From the NCBI GenBank assembly GCA_002104905.1, contig MCFE01000126.1, forward strand, positions 62,001 through 126,000: a stretch of DNA of 64,000 nt, in the 5' to 3' direction. Below, piece by piece: positions 1-14,000 of this stretch (position 1 is its first letter; the number at the start of each line of letters is the position of its first letter). This stretch comes from Basidiobolus meristosporus CBS 931.73. Lineage: Eukaryota > Fungi > Basidiobolomycota. The notes below the pieces were generated by a model. The model made no database searches. It had not been told where the DNA came from and was given only the letters and a program-made list of their open reading frames with translations. The position numbers and the translations under genes were made by a program.

Positions 1-3000
1 AACAAAATGCCTTTAACTGCATTTGTCTTCATGTCAAAGACTAATTACTATTTCAATGCTCAAGAGCAAGAACCACAAAGAGGGCCTGGAAGGCATTAGA
101 AGGCACATACTGGTCATGTACAGCTGTTAAGAAGATGTATCTTAGACAAGAATTCTTTACTACAAATATGCAGTTAGGACAAGAAATGAGAAATCTAATT
201 GACAGAATTACCCTGCTGGTGGATGAAATGGAATCTGTGGGCATACCACCCACTGATGAGGATGAAATAGTTACCACCCTGAACAGCCTGACAGATGAGT
301 TTCAGAGCCTTGTATCAGCCCCACAGTCCAGAACTGAAGATTTGACCTTAATTCATGTATAAAGAAGGCTCCTGGATGAAGAATACAGAGAATCCAGCAC
401 CAATAAGAGGGAAGAAGAAAGTGTTTTATAAGCATTGATAACCAACAAAGGAGGTACTCAAGACCCATCAAAGGCATCAGCAACCTGTTGTACAACTACT
501 GCAAATGGAAAGGAACACATTAGACTGGTGCTTCAAAAAAAGAGACAATCAGCAAAAGAAGCCTCATGATGGAAATGCTGCACATAAAGAAGTAGACTAT
601 TCATATCTGCTCCAAATATGGTCACAAACAAGGCTTATCAGATGTGATTCATTGACTCTGGAGTATCTCAACACTTTACACACCAATTGTAATTTTCATC
701 CAATATCAAGAAATTCCAATTAAGAAGGTTCTCATGGGTGAAAATATAGCACTTGATGCTGCAGGAGAAGGAACTATCCAAGTAAACCCTAGAAGCAGTG
801 AAGGAAGCCATGTACCTACCATCAAAGAAGTACTCTATGTACCAGAAATGGCAAAGAACCTACTGCCTCTAAGCAAGGCCACTGCTGGAGGACTCAGCTT
901 CAGCTTTGACAATTCTGGATGCATGATCACTGATTGAAATGGTATCCATATTGCTCTGGGTATCAGAGATCAGAGTCTATACAAGCTGCCTTGTTTTCCA
1001 TCATATCTTCAGTCATATCTGGAAGCCCATATAAGTAGCTTAAATGAAAAAGCACCAATGCTTGGCACAGTAGACTAGGATGCATCAATATTGATGGTTA
1101 ATACCAATTGATCAAAGATTGGCAAATTTTCAGAGTTAAAATTAATCCCTGAAATAAATTGGAGCACTGTAAAGCCTGCATATATGGGAGAAAGCCAGAA
1201 AACTGTCCATGAGCTTGGGGTAAGTCAAAACTAAGAAAGAACTAGATCTAATTCACTCAGATCTGTGTGGAGCTATGCAATAGTTATCCTGAGATGGGAT
1301 GAAGTATGTAAGCATTTTTGTTATGATTATACAAGATATGTGTGGGTCTACTTCATGGACAGAAAGGAAGCAACTTTGTCCCAGCTCAGGAAGCTCAAAG
1401 CCATGGTGGAGAGAGAAACTGGTGAAGAAATCAACAAAATTTGCGCTGATAATGGTGGAGAGTATGTCTCAAAACTCTACATTCACTTCTGCAAAATCTG
1501 TGGGATGAAGTATAAAACTACTATACCTTACTCCCCACAGCAAAATAAACTGGCAGAGCATGCAAACAGTGCAATAATGAATATGGCAAGATCCATGATT
1601 ATTGTTCAAAAATTATCCTATGATTTTTGGGCAAAATCAGTTGCCACAGCTCTATACCTTAAAACTAGGAGTTATCACTGAATAATTTGGGATTCTACTC
1701 CATTTGAAGTATAACATAGATACAGACCAAGTGCAGAACATCCATGAATATTTGGGTGTACAGCATATGCCAAGCAGCCTCCTGGAGATCAGTCAAAGCT
1801 AAGCCACAAAGTGTAAAATGCATGTTTTTGGGCTACTGCAATGAGGGTAGAGAATACAGACTGTACAGCACCAAAGATAAGAAGCTAATCAGGTCCAGGG
1901 GTGTGTTGCTTGATGAAAATTCAAAACCCTCACTCAAAATGATATTAGATGATGACAAAATCTAATCCTAGGTCAAACAATATTCAGAATTGAAACAGAG
2001 CTGAACAACAAGAGTTTTTTCACTCCAAAAGACTCTACAACCATGGTTTAGCCTGAATCAGTGCACAGGAATATTCCAGAAGTGATCATTCTGGTATTTT
2101 AAGCTATGAGACTCAACTGGACAAGAAATAGCCCAAATTACTCTATCAAAGAGGATACAAACTTAGCCTATGCCTATTCATTCCATATTGTTGAGCCCCG
2201 GACAATAAAAGAGGCCCTAAATAGCCCTCAGACAAAGCTTGGAGATCTGCAATGACTGAGGATTACCAGTCCCAGATGGGAAATGAACTTGGGACTTGGT
2301 CAAATTACTAATCAGCCAAAGATCAATTGGATGCCAATCAGTCTTTGAGACAAAATACAAGGCTCATGATACAACTAAAAGATACAATGTAAGACTTGAG
2401 GCCAAAGGATACTCTTGCACAAAAGGACTTGCCAATACTGAGACCTTTGCACTGGTAGCCAAGTTTAATTCCATTAGATTAATGTTAAATATTGCAGTAC
2501 AGTAAAGTTTTTATACATCAAATCAATGTAAGAGCTGTTTTATTGAGTGGAGAACTTGATGAGAACTTGTATATGGACCAGCATGATGGCTTTGTAGACC
2601 AAGATAACCCCCATCTGGTCTGCAAGCTTAAAAATCTCTATACGGGCTCAAATAATCACCAAGAGCCTGGAAATGCAAGATAGATTCCTATTTGGAATCT
2701 CCATTCCATGAGATGTAATGCTGACTATGGCCTATATAATGTGCCAGATAGAGCTTATCAAGTTCTATTAGCTCTATATGTGGATGATCTTATTATATCC
2801 ATTAATAATCTAGAAGCATTGGAAGAGACTAAATACTGCCTATCTAAAGACTTCAGTATGTCCAATCCAGGAGAGCTTGGTTAGTGTATGGCAATAAAGT
2901 TCCCCATAGACAGAAGTACCCCAAATATCTCCCTAGTCAATCCAGGTATATTAAAGGTATATTAAAGAAGCATCACATGAAATACTGTAAACTGGCCACT

Positions 3001-4530
3001 ACCACAATGGAGACAAACCTTAACTTGGTCAAAACTCAACAAAATCAAGAGAGCTGGGTGACATCTGAAAGCCCTGACTTTCCTTAGCAATCTATGGCTG
3101 GCAGATTGATGTATATCATGCTAGGAACACATTCAGATATCTCATATTCAGTGGGGGTTGTCAGCCAGCATAATCAGAACTATCAATGTGTTCATGTTGG
3201 TGTAGTTAAGCAGATTTCTAGATACCTATGAGGAGCTGCAGAAATCTGCTTAAGATAAACCAATAAATATTCAGAACAAGGCCATGTGGGATACCCCAAT
3301 GCTGAATGGGCACAAAACTTAGAATAAAGAAATTCCACCCCAGTATACATTTTTCTTTGATGGATAGGAGTAGTTTCATGGAATTCAAGAAAGCAACTAA
3401 CTTTAGCACTTTCTGCCACAAGGGTAGAGTTTATGGCAGCTTGTGAAGCTGCAACTAAATCAAGAGAGCTTGGTGCCATCTGAAAGTGCAGAATCCCTTA
3501 TAAATCTATGGCTGGCAGTCTGATGTGGATAATGCTTTGAACATGTCCGGATATCTTATACTCAGTGGGAGTTGTCAGCCTATATTCTCAGATCTATGGA
3601 TCAAACTATAATGCAGCAATTAAGCATATTTCTAAATACCTAAAGGGAACTGCTGATAACAGCTTAAGGTACACCTATATAGACTTAGAACAAGATCATG
3701 TGGGATACCCTATTGCTATTAGGGACAAGATTCAGAAGATAGAAATCCCACCACAGGATACACCCTTTCTTCACTGTGAAGGTGCAATTTGATGGAGTTC
3801 ATGAAAGCAGCCAACCATAGCACTTTCTACCACATAGGCAGAGTATATGGCAGCCTGTGAAGCTACAAATAAGCAATGTGGTCAAGAAAGCTTTTTAAAG
3901 ATTTAGGTTTATGTCAAAAGATGCCTATAACTTTTATTCAAGAAAATCAAGGATGTGTACAAATATCTAGATATCGAACTTTTCATGCTAGAACTAAGCA
4001 CATTAGATATTGGACATCATTTCATACATAAAGCTTTAGAGAATACCTTGTATAACTTGGCGTACTATCCCACAGGTGAAATGATTGCAGATATATTTAC
4101 CAAACCATTGGCTAGAGACAAGTTTGAATATTTGAGGTCAAAATTAGGACTAGTCAGTATGAGAATTTGGTTGAGTAGGAGTGTTGTTAACATTTGTAAC
4201 TCCACCTATGTATTCACCTAGCTTAGTCACTTTGACTGTTATCTTCAAATCCTAGAGAATAATGACTAAATTTCTTGTTGGGATCTACTTGGAATACTTT
4301 CATTACATTATCAGGTACTTGGAACATGAAAAGTCTCAAAGATGTCCAAACAAACCCAAACTTTGCACATAGATACTTAGGACCTTCCTTGACATATTCT
4401 GCAGGTTCATTATGCCAAGGCCATGTAAACATATATATACTACTTTTACTTTCAATAAATCATCAAGTGAAAACCACATTATCTACTTGATCTCCATATC
4501 ACTTCCAATATCTTGAAAGCTCTTACAACA
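1..4530 (+). mobile_element. Degenerate Ty1/copia retrotransposon (copia-A), 5' end outside the window
   Basis: Copia domain order: gag (135-362), zinc knuckle (~490-530), protease DSG-like motif (~655-680), integrase core (1265-1681; DNGGEY, YSPQQN), RT (~2300-3200), RNase H (ADIFTKPL, 3955-4170), purine tract 4171-4181, then LTR. Many stops and frameshifts. Confidence 0.92.
4182..4530 (+). repeat. copia-A 3' LTR (349 bp, TGTTG...CAACA)
   Basis: Terminal inverted TGTTG/CAACA, preceded by PPT; colinear with LTRs at 19840 and 22087. Confidence 0.9.
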
Positions 4531-4660
4531 TACTTATCAAGCACAAGCATTTCCAATATATTTGATGGCAAGTATTGCAAACAACTTAAGCAGCAAGGGC
4601 TACTCTCAAGGTATATATGACCATGCTTTTGCCTTGGCAATTGATGGATTTTTGTTAAAT

Positions 4661-5385
4661 AGACAGGTTCCATTGGAGAGTGCCACATGTAGTTATGAGT
4701 GCCAATTGATACCATAGTGCACCTAGGAAGACCATGTGGACTTATACTTGGCCACAGAGTGTGAAGCATAGATCTTTCATTTTCATGGAAAGCAGTCCCT
4801 GTGTCTCACCCATTGTGCTGGAGAAAATCCATTATTGCCCTTTTTTTGAGATTGATGTTGTGCATGATGTGTAAGAGCACAGAAGAGCTGAAAACATGCA
4901 TCTGTTATACAATACTCATGGTACTCTGAATATAGCTCCTGATGGCTTGTAACATGTCACAAAAATGCAGCACACTATCCTGGTCCATTATGCTATCTGG
5001 CACAATATTTAAATATTACCTCTAATGTAAAACCTATACAAATCACTTATATTGCCATATATTGCCAGTGGACTAAGATAGTGCCATCCATTTTTATGAC
5101 ATGTTGCAAGCCATAGGTGCTAGATTCAGAGCACCATGGGTATAGAGTGCCAGGTACATGTCCTCAGTCCTTCTGTTCTCTTACATATCATGCACAACAT
5201 TCATACCAAAAAAAGGTCAAAACATGGATTTTCTCCCACATAATGGGTGGAAAACAGGTGCTGCTTTGCATGACAATGTATAGCTACATATCATACTCTG
5301 TGGCCCAATATAGGTCCTCCCTGGCACACTTTGGCATCATTTGGCACTCATGGCTCAATGTGACACTATTCAACAGAATAAGTCT
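4661..5385. mobile_element. Foldback (palindromic) non-autonomous DNA element, AAT TSD
   Basis: AGAC...GTCT ends; AAT at 4658-4660 and 5386-5388; ~340-bp inverted arms around a ~40-bp spacer. Removing the element plus one AAT restores the host transposase frame (LLNKYS). Confidence 0.88.
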
Positions 5386-5610
5386 AATAAGTACTCTAAA
5401 TGCAAATCATGCTGTCCACTGAATCTCATCAACCTTAATTTGCTGCCAATCTTACGGTGTTAGAGCAGAAAGCTGATGGTGGTCTTGCCAGTATTGGGGC
5501 CAAAATCACCATCCAACTGGGATATCTACTGGTATCTAATGCCTGATGAATTTTGTGTGCTTTCCAGCAGGATATTAGTAAATGACTGTCATGTCAAAGC
5601 ATATGCTATC

Positions 5611-6225
5611 AGACTTATTCTGTTAGATAGAGTTGCACTGTGCTGCAAGTGCTAAATAATAGACTTGTTCCATCATTCCAGCTGATCATAGTGCCCAATA
5701 GTGCCATAGCATGCCAGATGGTGCCTGATCATGCCACAGAGTGCCAGATGGTGCCATACAGTGCCAATTTGGGATCAAAATTGACGTGCATATGACCCTA
5801 AAATATCAAATTAATAATAAAATATAGAGCACTCTCTGGCACTATGATCAATGGCACAATGGAACAAGTCTAATGCTCAAGTGTGCCAGAAGTTTACAGT
5901 AGACCTATGTTGGGCAACACAATGTGGAAAATAGAACCACATATCTGTACAACACAGTGCATGTCCTTCATCTACTGTGGTCAAGAAAGTCCACTTTTGG
6001 ACCTATTTTCAATCAATCTTGCATCAATACTGATCCCAGGAAAATGATTGAAAAATAGGTTTTCTTCAGCAAAATGGGCAAGATGCCTGGGGCCACTTTG
6101 CATGAAGAAGTAAGGTTAGTTTCACACTGTGGGGAATAGCATAGATTTATAACACCTCTCTGACACACCAAGGCACTATTTGGCACTCATGGCCTAATGT
6201 GGTACTAACTGACATGAACATGCCT
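5611..6225. mobile_element. Older, centre-deleted member of the same foldback family, split by a short MITE
   Basis: Starts AGACTT (5611), ends degenerate TGCCT (6225), flanked by ATC/ATT. Outer arm halves match 8649-9381. The empty site is colinear with the CACTA paralog near 12980. Confidence 0.7.
5661..5871. mobile_element. 211-bp MITE with the foldback-family termini, AAT TSD
   Basis: AGACTTGTTCCAT...ATGGAACAAGTCT; AAT at 5658-5660 and 5872-5874; eight RTGCC motifs at exact 10-bp spacing (5691-5765). Confidence 0.88.
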
Positions 6226-8648
6226 ATTATCTGCATTGTATATTCCTAGCCATCTGTAAGATAGCCAGTGTTTCTGGGTACATTGGACAGTATTGCTGTC
6301 AAATGAATGATATCTGGTAGATTCACTCTATGACATACACACATCATTATTATTCAAGCACTAACACTAAGAACATTGTCTTCCCACAGAGAGAATGTAT
6401 AGAAGTCAGCATCCAATTGCAGCAGAGTTGGCAACTGATAAGCCATTGGCCAGAACATAGGATTAATCAAAGCTGGAGATACTTAAGATAGGGGAATCTG
6501 TTGAAGCAAAAGCCTACCACTGTGAGCAATGCATTTGCTTTCAACAATATTGCTATACTAATTACTAAGTTGCACATGGAGTACTTCAAGCTAAGTGAGC
6601 CCTTCAAGATGTCAGAGATGTTTGAGAGAATGAGCAAAATATTACAGAGTTTTGCTATCCAAGGTACCTCTCACAAGCTCCAATCAATATTGATACACAT
6701 AGGTGACAAAACAAATGCAAGGACCGGATGAGCTGGATATATGTTTATTTAAGTGGCCTTCTGAAGCCATTTCTACCAATTATACATTGAGGATATAGGA
6801 ATCATATGTTGACATTGTAAGAATATTTATCCCAAAGCAGATCACCAATGCCAATTTGGAGCTTCTACAGCTTTTATGCAAGGTGTTTGTGAGTAAATTT
6901 GCATAGCTATAGAACAAGCATAAAGCTAAACTCATAGATTGCTCTACTCCTTCTTGCTTGGTGTTTAAATAATATTACACCATGCTTCACCTATGAAAGT
7001 TTCCTAAGCAGCAGATGTGAGGAGAGAAAGGAAGACAAGTCAAGTTGCAGCTACTACACTAAGGACCAATCAAAAGCCACTCATCTATTGATATGATGAA
7101 AAATTCTGACCAAGTTTTTTATGAAATCTAGGGTGCAACTTATTTAACAGTCTTTACAGGGTGCTGCAATGGGAGCAATACCTCTTAGTCATGGGACTTT
7201 GATTTTATGACAGCCATTTGACAGGATCATCATAATTATTTCTCATAATGGTTGTGCACATGGAGTCACCTACCCACTCAGACACCAACAGGTTTTTGAC
7301 TAAAATAAGCGGTAAAATCAGCAAAACAGCATTCCAATTTTGTCATAACATTGTGTAGAGGGTCAGCAATTTCAAGCTACTGGCATTGTGATGGCCACTA
7401 TGTGGCATCCTGACTTCTGAGCTGCACTAGATTCAACAGCAGGACTAAACAATCTGTCATAGAGTACTTCAATTCCACACTGTAAGAAAAGAAAAAAAAG
7501 GTGAAATGATGTCCAATATCTATATGCTCAGCTCTGGCATGAAAAGTTTGATTTCTATCTCATTGTATACATCCTTGATTGACTTGCAATGAAGTGGTTA
7601 GTGTTTTGTGATATGAGCTTAAGTCTTCAAAAAGCTTTCTTACTACATTGCTTCCTTTATAGTCTCATAGGCTACCATATACTCTACCTCTGTAGTAGAA
7701 AGTGCTACAGTTAAATGCTTTCTTAAATTTGATTAAAGTGCTCCTTAATAGTAAAGAAAGGTGTATTCTGTAGTGGATCATCAGTCTTCTAGATTCTGTC
7801 TTCAATCAGCCGCAGGGTGCTTGGCAAGATATTTTTCTGAGTCCTTATAGGTGTGCCTTAAGTAGATACCAGCGGTTCCTTCTGGGTATCTTAAAATCAG
7901 CCTAATTACTACAATACAACTAGATATATAGTTCTTGTTATGTTGGCCAACAACTCCCACTGAATATAAGATATCTGGATGTGCTCCAAGTGCAATGCAC
8001 ATCAGATTGATCACTATAGATTGGTAAGGAAGTCAAGGATATCCAATGGCACCAAGCTGTCTTGATTTGGTGAGTTTTTGCCAAGCTAAGGTTTGTTACC
8101 ATTGGGGGTGACAGCCATTTCAAAGTCTTCCACATCGTACTTCTCAGTATATCTTCAATAAACCAGGGCTGTCCTAGGGTAGTAGTCTGGGTATCTTTGT
8201 CTATGGAGAGCCTTATCCCTTTTTAGTAGCTGATCTCTCATTGATTTGACATCTTGAGCTCCTTATATAGGCTGGATTCAGTCTTTCCAATGTTTCTAGA
8301 TTATTTGCAGCTATAATACAATCACCCATAAATAATGCTGATAGAACTAGACTTGATCTTTATAGCTTATAATAGATACTATAGTCAGTAGTATTTCTTT
8401 GGAGCTCTGTGAATCCAGATGAAATCTATCTTGCAATTCTGGCTTCTTGGTGATTGTTTCAGACCATATAGAGATTTTTTTAGCTTACAGACCAAATGAG
8501 AGTGATCTTGGTCATTAAACTCATCAGGCTGGTCTATGTACATGCCCTCATCAAGATTTCCATTCATCAATATGAACTTGAGTCCATTCAGTGAATAAAA
8601 GCTCATATTTGGCTGCAATAGCCAATACTAATATGATGGAAATATACT

Positions 8649-9381
8649 AGACTTGTTCCGTTGGATAGTGCCACATTGAGCCATGAGTGCCAAATGATGC
8701 CATAGTGTGCCAGAGAGGTCAAGTGAGCCTATACTTGGCCACAGAGTGTGAAACATAGCTCTGCATCTACATGTAAAGCAGCCCCCGTGTTTCACCCATT
8801 GCGCAGGAGAAAATCCATTTTTTGACCTTTTTTTGTGGATCAATGTAGCCCAGGATGCGTAAGAGCACAGGAGAGCTGAAGATATGCATCTGGTACTCAA
8901 TACCCATGGCACTCTGAATCTAGCTCCTGTAGCATGTATCATGTCACAAAAATGAATGGCACTATCTTGGTCCACTGGTACTATCTGGCACTATAAGTGC
9001 TTTGTATAGATCTTACTTTAGGGCTAATATTTAAATATAGTGCCAGATAGTACCAGTGAACCAAGATAGTGCCATTCATTTTGGTGACATGATACAAGCT
9101 ACAGGAGCTAGATTCAGAGTGCCCTGGGTATTGAGTACCAGATCCATATATTCAATCTGCTTGTGCTCTAACACATCCTGCGCAACACTGATCCAAAAAA
9201 AAGGTCAAAAAATGAATCTTCTCCAACACAATGGGTGAAACAAAGGGGCTGCTTTGCATGAAGGTGAGGAGCTATGTTTCACACTCTGTGGCCAGGTAGA
9301 GGCTCAATTGACCTCTTGGGCACACTATGGCATCATTTGGCACTCATGGCTCAATGTGGCACTATCCAACGGAACAAGTCT
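8649..9381. mobile_element. Foldback element (733 bp), ACT/ATT TSD
   Basis: Arms 8649-8994 and 9037-9381 are reverse complements. Flanks ACT (8646-8648) and ATT (9382-9384). The empty site aligns gap-free with copia RT at ~42946-42971. Confidence 0.92.
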
Positions 9382-10125
9382 ATTTTGTTAACAGTGTAAA
9401 GGTCTCAGCTTAGTCAAGACCTTTTGTTCAAGCGTATCATTTGGCCACTAGTCTTGCTTTGTATCTATAATTATACTATCAGCCTTGTGCTTTGTCATGA
9501 AGACCTATCTGCATCCAGCTGATTTCTAGTTGATTGGTGACTTGACCAAGATCCAAGTTCAATTTACCATTGGGCCTCTTTATAGTCTGAGCTTCATCAT
9601 TATGGACTGAGCAGCTGTAGGCTAAGTTTGTACTCTCATTGATATAGTAATTTTTGCTATTTCTGGTCTGGTTGGATCTCCTGCATTGTAATACAAGAAT
9701 AATCACTTCTAAAGTAGTTGTGGGCATTGATTCAGGGTGAGCTATGGCTTCAGAGTCCTCTGTGGTGAAAAAATTCTCATTGTGTTCCTCTAATTCAATC
9801 CTGACTATTGGTGGACTTCAGATTGGATTTTTGTCATGCCTTGATGTCATCTTTTGTGAAATCAGAATTTTCATTAAACAACACCTACCTGCACTAGATC
9901 AGCTTGATTGCTTTGGCATTGCAGAGTTTATATGTCTTACTCTGATTGCAGCAGTCCAAAAATATGTATTTTACACTTTCAGGCTCAAATTTTGACTGGT
10001 TTTTAGACAGTTTCTTGGCATTTGCTCTATGCCAAAGTACTCTTAAATGCTCTGCTCTTAGTCCTTATTCCTACTATGCCTTAATAGAGTAGAGTCATGA
10101 GGTATTCTGCTATAACTTCTGTTTC

Positions 10126-10474
10126 TGTTGTAGGAGTCCTGGAGATATTGAACATGATTGGGAGAGCAAGCAGGTTATATGTATTTCACTTATAGATTTC
10201 TTAGATGTAAAAGTAGTATTTATACTTTTACATGGTCTTGTCATGACAAACATGTAGAATAGGTCTAGGAGGGTCCTAAGAGCATGCGTACCATGTTTGG
10301 GGCTGTTTAGACAGCTCTGAGAATTTTCATGTTTTGGGTACCTGATATTTTGGCAAAAATATTGTAACTAAATCCCCTCCAGGAATTTGAGCAGTATAAT
10401 GCAGAATTTGAAGGTTATGATCTAACTGACCAAGCTAGATGAATATTTGGGTGAAATTACAAGCTTTTATAACA
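10126..10474 (-). repeat. copia-A solo LTR with GTTTC TSD
   Basis: 349 bp, TG...CA; GTTTC at 10121-10125 and 10475-10479; lies inside the integrase region of the host copia-A. Confidence 0.92.
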
Positions 10475-12691
10475 GTTTCAAGGTATACTGCTGTGGGAAC
10501 TAATTCCATCCTGATATTGAAGATTATTTCTTGTCACCAATAATGGATCTTGCTGAATCAATTACTGGTCTGTTTACTAATTCTGTCCCTTCACTTTGCT
10601 GTGGGGTGTATAGTACAGTGCTAGTTGATCTACTCTGTGAGGTTTTCAGAGATGGATGCAAAGTTTTATGGCATTTTCTCTGCTATTGTCAGAGCATATA
10701 TACTGTATTTCTTAACCAGTTTCTCTTTCCACCATGGCTCTAATCTTCCTGAGCAAAGACAAAGCTTCTTTCTTTCTTCCCATGAGGTCAACCCACCTGC
10801 ACCTTTTATAATAATCAGCAAAATTGATCAAATGCATCATTTTGCCTAAAAATAAACATTGCATAGGTCCACACATATCTTTGTAAGGTGGATATAATTT
10901 TTTCTTGGTTTTGATTAACCCAGTGGTGTTGAACAGTCATCTGGCCAGCTTCACATATTAATTGTCTTCATAGTGTTTCAAATTAGCAGGGCAATCAATT
11001 TTTACTCTGAATACTTGCTGATCTTTATAACTTTGAGCAAATGGTCAAACTTGATTTGTCCAAAGCTCCTATGCCAAAGCATTGGTATTTCTTCATATGG
11101 TTTGCTTATGCTGGCTTCAAGATGTGCTGGAATATAAGTCAACTTGTATAGATGGTGTTATTAGATATTTGCAACTATATGGCACCATTTTGATTAGTGA
11201 ATCTGTATCTATAATTGTAGATCTGAAACTGAGTCCTATTGCTGTTGCCTTGCTTACACAATGTAGGTTCTTTGCTATTTCTGGCTTGCAGAGTACCTCT
11301 TTGAAGGTAAGTGTGTGGCTACCCTCACTGCTCTTAGGGTTTACTTGGATAGCTCCTTCTCCAACTGCATCAAGTGTGCTATTGTCACCTATAAAAACCT
11401 TCTAAATCTTGGTTTGTTGGTATTGGGTAAATAGTTCATTTTGATGTGCAAAGTGTTGGGATGCTCCAGAGTCAATATGCCATGTCTGAGAACCCTTGTT
11501 TATGGTCATAAATAGTATAATTATGCTCAGTCTATCTTCTGTGGTTGCAGCATATCCATATTGGGGCTTTCTCTGCTTATTATCTCTCTTTTTGTAGCAT
11601 CAGTTTGATGTATGTCCTTCCCATTTTAGTAGTTACAAAGTATGCTGTTATTGCCTTTAAAGAGCCTTGAGTACTTCCTTTGTAAGCTACCATCATGTAT
11701 TGAATATTTTTAACACTTCCCTCATATTGGCACTTGAATTTGTCAATTCTTCATCCTGGTGCCTCCTATATATGCAATTTAAGGTCAAATCCTCAGTACT
11801 GGCCTCTAGGGCTTATAAAAATCCCTAAAACCTGACTGTCAGGATATTCAGAATGCTAAATAGCACATCTTCAGCAGCAGCTGGTATGCCAATAGATTCC
11901 AACTGATCAACCAGCCAGGTGATGCTGTTAACTAGATTTTTCATTTCTTCTCCTGCCAGCATCTTTGTAGCAAGGGGTTTTTGTCTGATATACATTATCA
12001 CAGTAGCTGAACATGACAGGTATGTGTCTTCTAATGACTTCCAGATATTCTTTACCATTTTTGCTCTTGAACATCAAATAAGCAATTTGTCTTTATTATT
12101 AAGGCCAGTGCTGTTCAAGGCACTTTGTTCTTTCTGCTAGTGCTTTAAGATTACACTCTATTGTTTTAGGACTGCATCTTTCTCACATGACATTATTTCA
12201 TAGGTCACTTTCCTGTAGCAGCATATTCATCTTCACCATCCACATATGGTAGTTAAATGCATCAAACCTTTCAGCAGGGTGAAGTATTTTAGGAATAGCA
12301 ATATTAGACATTGTAGAGAGTGATGGCTTGGGACTCATAGCATAATGTAACAGTCTTGCAGATATTGGAAGTGATTGGGAGAACATGTGAATTATGTGGT
12401 TTTCACTTGATGATTTATTGATTGTCAAGGTAGTATTTGTACTTGTACAGAGTCTGGCATTACAGACAAACAGAATAGGCATAGGAAGATCTTAAGAACA
12501 TATGCACAAGGATTGAGACTGTTTGGGCAATTATGAGAATTTTCATGTTGAGGGTACCCAATATTTTGGCAAAAAAAATTATAAGCAAATCCCAGCAAGG
12601 AATTAGGTCAGTTTTCTATAAGATTGGTAGGTAATGAGCTAAGTGACTAAGCTAGATAATTATTTAGGTGGAAATATATATTTTTAAAACA

Positions 12692-14000
12692 GAAGGAAGG
12701 GATACTATGAATGTATGTATGTCAATGCATTTACCTTGCTACTTGATGAATTCTCACTAAACAAGTACTCTACCAGCAAAACCTGCTAGTCACCAATTTC
12801 TCTTAACATACATCTGCTGCCAAATATAAAGTATCTGGGCAGATATATGATTGTAGTTCTACCAATATCTAGGTCTTTATCACTCTCCAATCTGCATAGC
12901 TACTTGTATCTATTGCTGTATGAGTTTTGTATGCTATCCAGCTGGATGCTTGTAAATGACCATCATTTGAAAGCAAATATTCTTATCTGGACTGGAGATA
13001 CCCAGCCATCAGCAAGATAGCCAACTTTTCTGGGCACAACTAATGGTATTGCTGTCAAGTGTGTGAGATCCCGGGGATCTACTCCATAACTCACACACAT
13101 TGTTATTGCCCAAACACCAACACTAAGTACATCAGCTTCCAGCAGAGAGAATGCACAGAAGCTAGTGTACAATTATAGCAAAGCTTGAATGCTACAAGCC
13201 ATTGGCAACAGTATAAGATTAATCAATGGTTGGAGACACCCACAATAGTGGGAACCTATCAGAGGAAAAGCTTTTCACTGGGAGCAATGCATTTGTTTGT
13301 TGACAATATACCTGCACTAAAGACCAAGTTGTACATAGGGCACTTTGGGCTAAGTGTGCCCTGCAAGATACCAGAGAAATACAAAAGTATTGGTAAGAGA
13401 CTGCAAAGTATTCCTCATAAGCCCCAATCAATATTCATGCACATATGCAAATACACAAATGCAAGGACTGGATGAACTGGATGTGTATTTATTCAAGTAG
13501 CCTTGTGAAGCCATCTCTACCAAGAGGGCATTGGAAGCATTGGATGTCATATTGCTACATTGCAGGAATAAGTATGCTCAAGTTGATAACCAATGCCAAC
13601 TTGACACTTCTACAGCTTTTGTTCAAGAGGTCTGTGGCAGGATTTGAGTGGCTATGCTATAGATATAGAGAAGACCATGTAGACCTCTACCTTTTTTGCA
13701 TCCATTCTATGCTGCTTCTTGCTTGGTGTGCAGAGAACATTGGGCCTTGCCTCACCTGTTGGGAGGTTTCTATGGAGCAGGCGTGTGCAGAGATAGAATG
13801 AAAAATCAAGTTGAAGAACTACCATATCCCAGTCTAATCAAGTATGTTAAAATTAAGTCCATATTAGTTGTGATAGGTTGGCACATGGAGGTCACCACAA
13901 TAAGTTGGGGAGTACTGAGCACTGATGTGCCCATGGAGACAACTATGTCCTTGGCATTGAGATGCCAAGCAGCCCCAATGCAAGGGTAAGCAGTAATATA
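12692..14000 (+). mobile_element. CACTA/EnSpm-like transposase relic (second copy)
   Basis: ORFs 13185-13475, 13445-13801 and 13696-13989 carry H.LL...C....GP....W...ME..C..I and ELPYPSL motifs; colinear with 32733-34075 (-) and 6229-7000. Confidence 0.75.

Larger units (their letters stand above)
4531..7240 (+). mobile_element. CACTA/EnSpm-like transposase relic, split by three foldback/MITE insertions
   Basis: Pieces 4531-4660, 5389-5607 and 6229-~7000 are colinear with 33659-34075 (DHAFALAIDG..NKYS, GPKSPSN) and 12700-13800. Stretch ~7060-7240 matches the TIR-like end at ~36050-36252. Confidence 0.75.
7510..12691 (-). mobile_element. Degenerate copia-A element (3' LTR missing), with nested foldback and solo LTR
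   Basis: Minus strand: 5' LTR 12343-12691 (349 bp), degenerate PBS 12331-12342, gag (12198-12482, 11825-12058), integrase ~10500-11050, RT 8385-8618 and ~9385-9480, RNase H ~7510-8000. Confidence 0.88.

Noticed and set aside
5691-5765. CRISPR-like array
   Set aside because: 10-bp period with 5-bp spacers inside a MITE, eukaryotic context, no cas genes.
8628-9238. Mirror-image ORFs 'MDQDSA...' (also 27077-27839 and 5117-5422)
   Set aside because: They arise from the palindromic arms, differ in stop positions between copies, and show no domain motifs.
8647-9383. TA target duplication (Tc1/mariner-type MITE)
   Set aside because: TA flanks all the long copies, but gap-free empty-site alignments require a 3-bp ANT duplication with AGAC...GTCT ends.
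4531-12750. Copia-A LTRs abut two CACTA copies at nearly the same transposase position (4531 and 12692)
   Set aside because: Only two events, at non-identical sites; compatible with chance.
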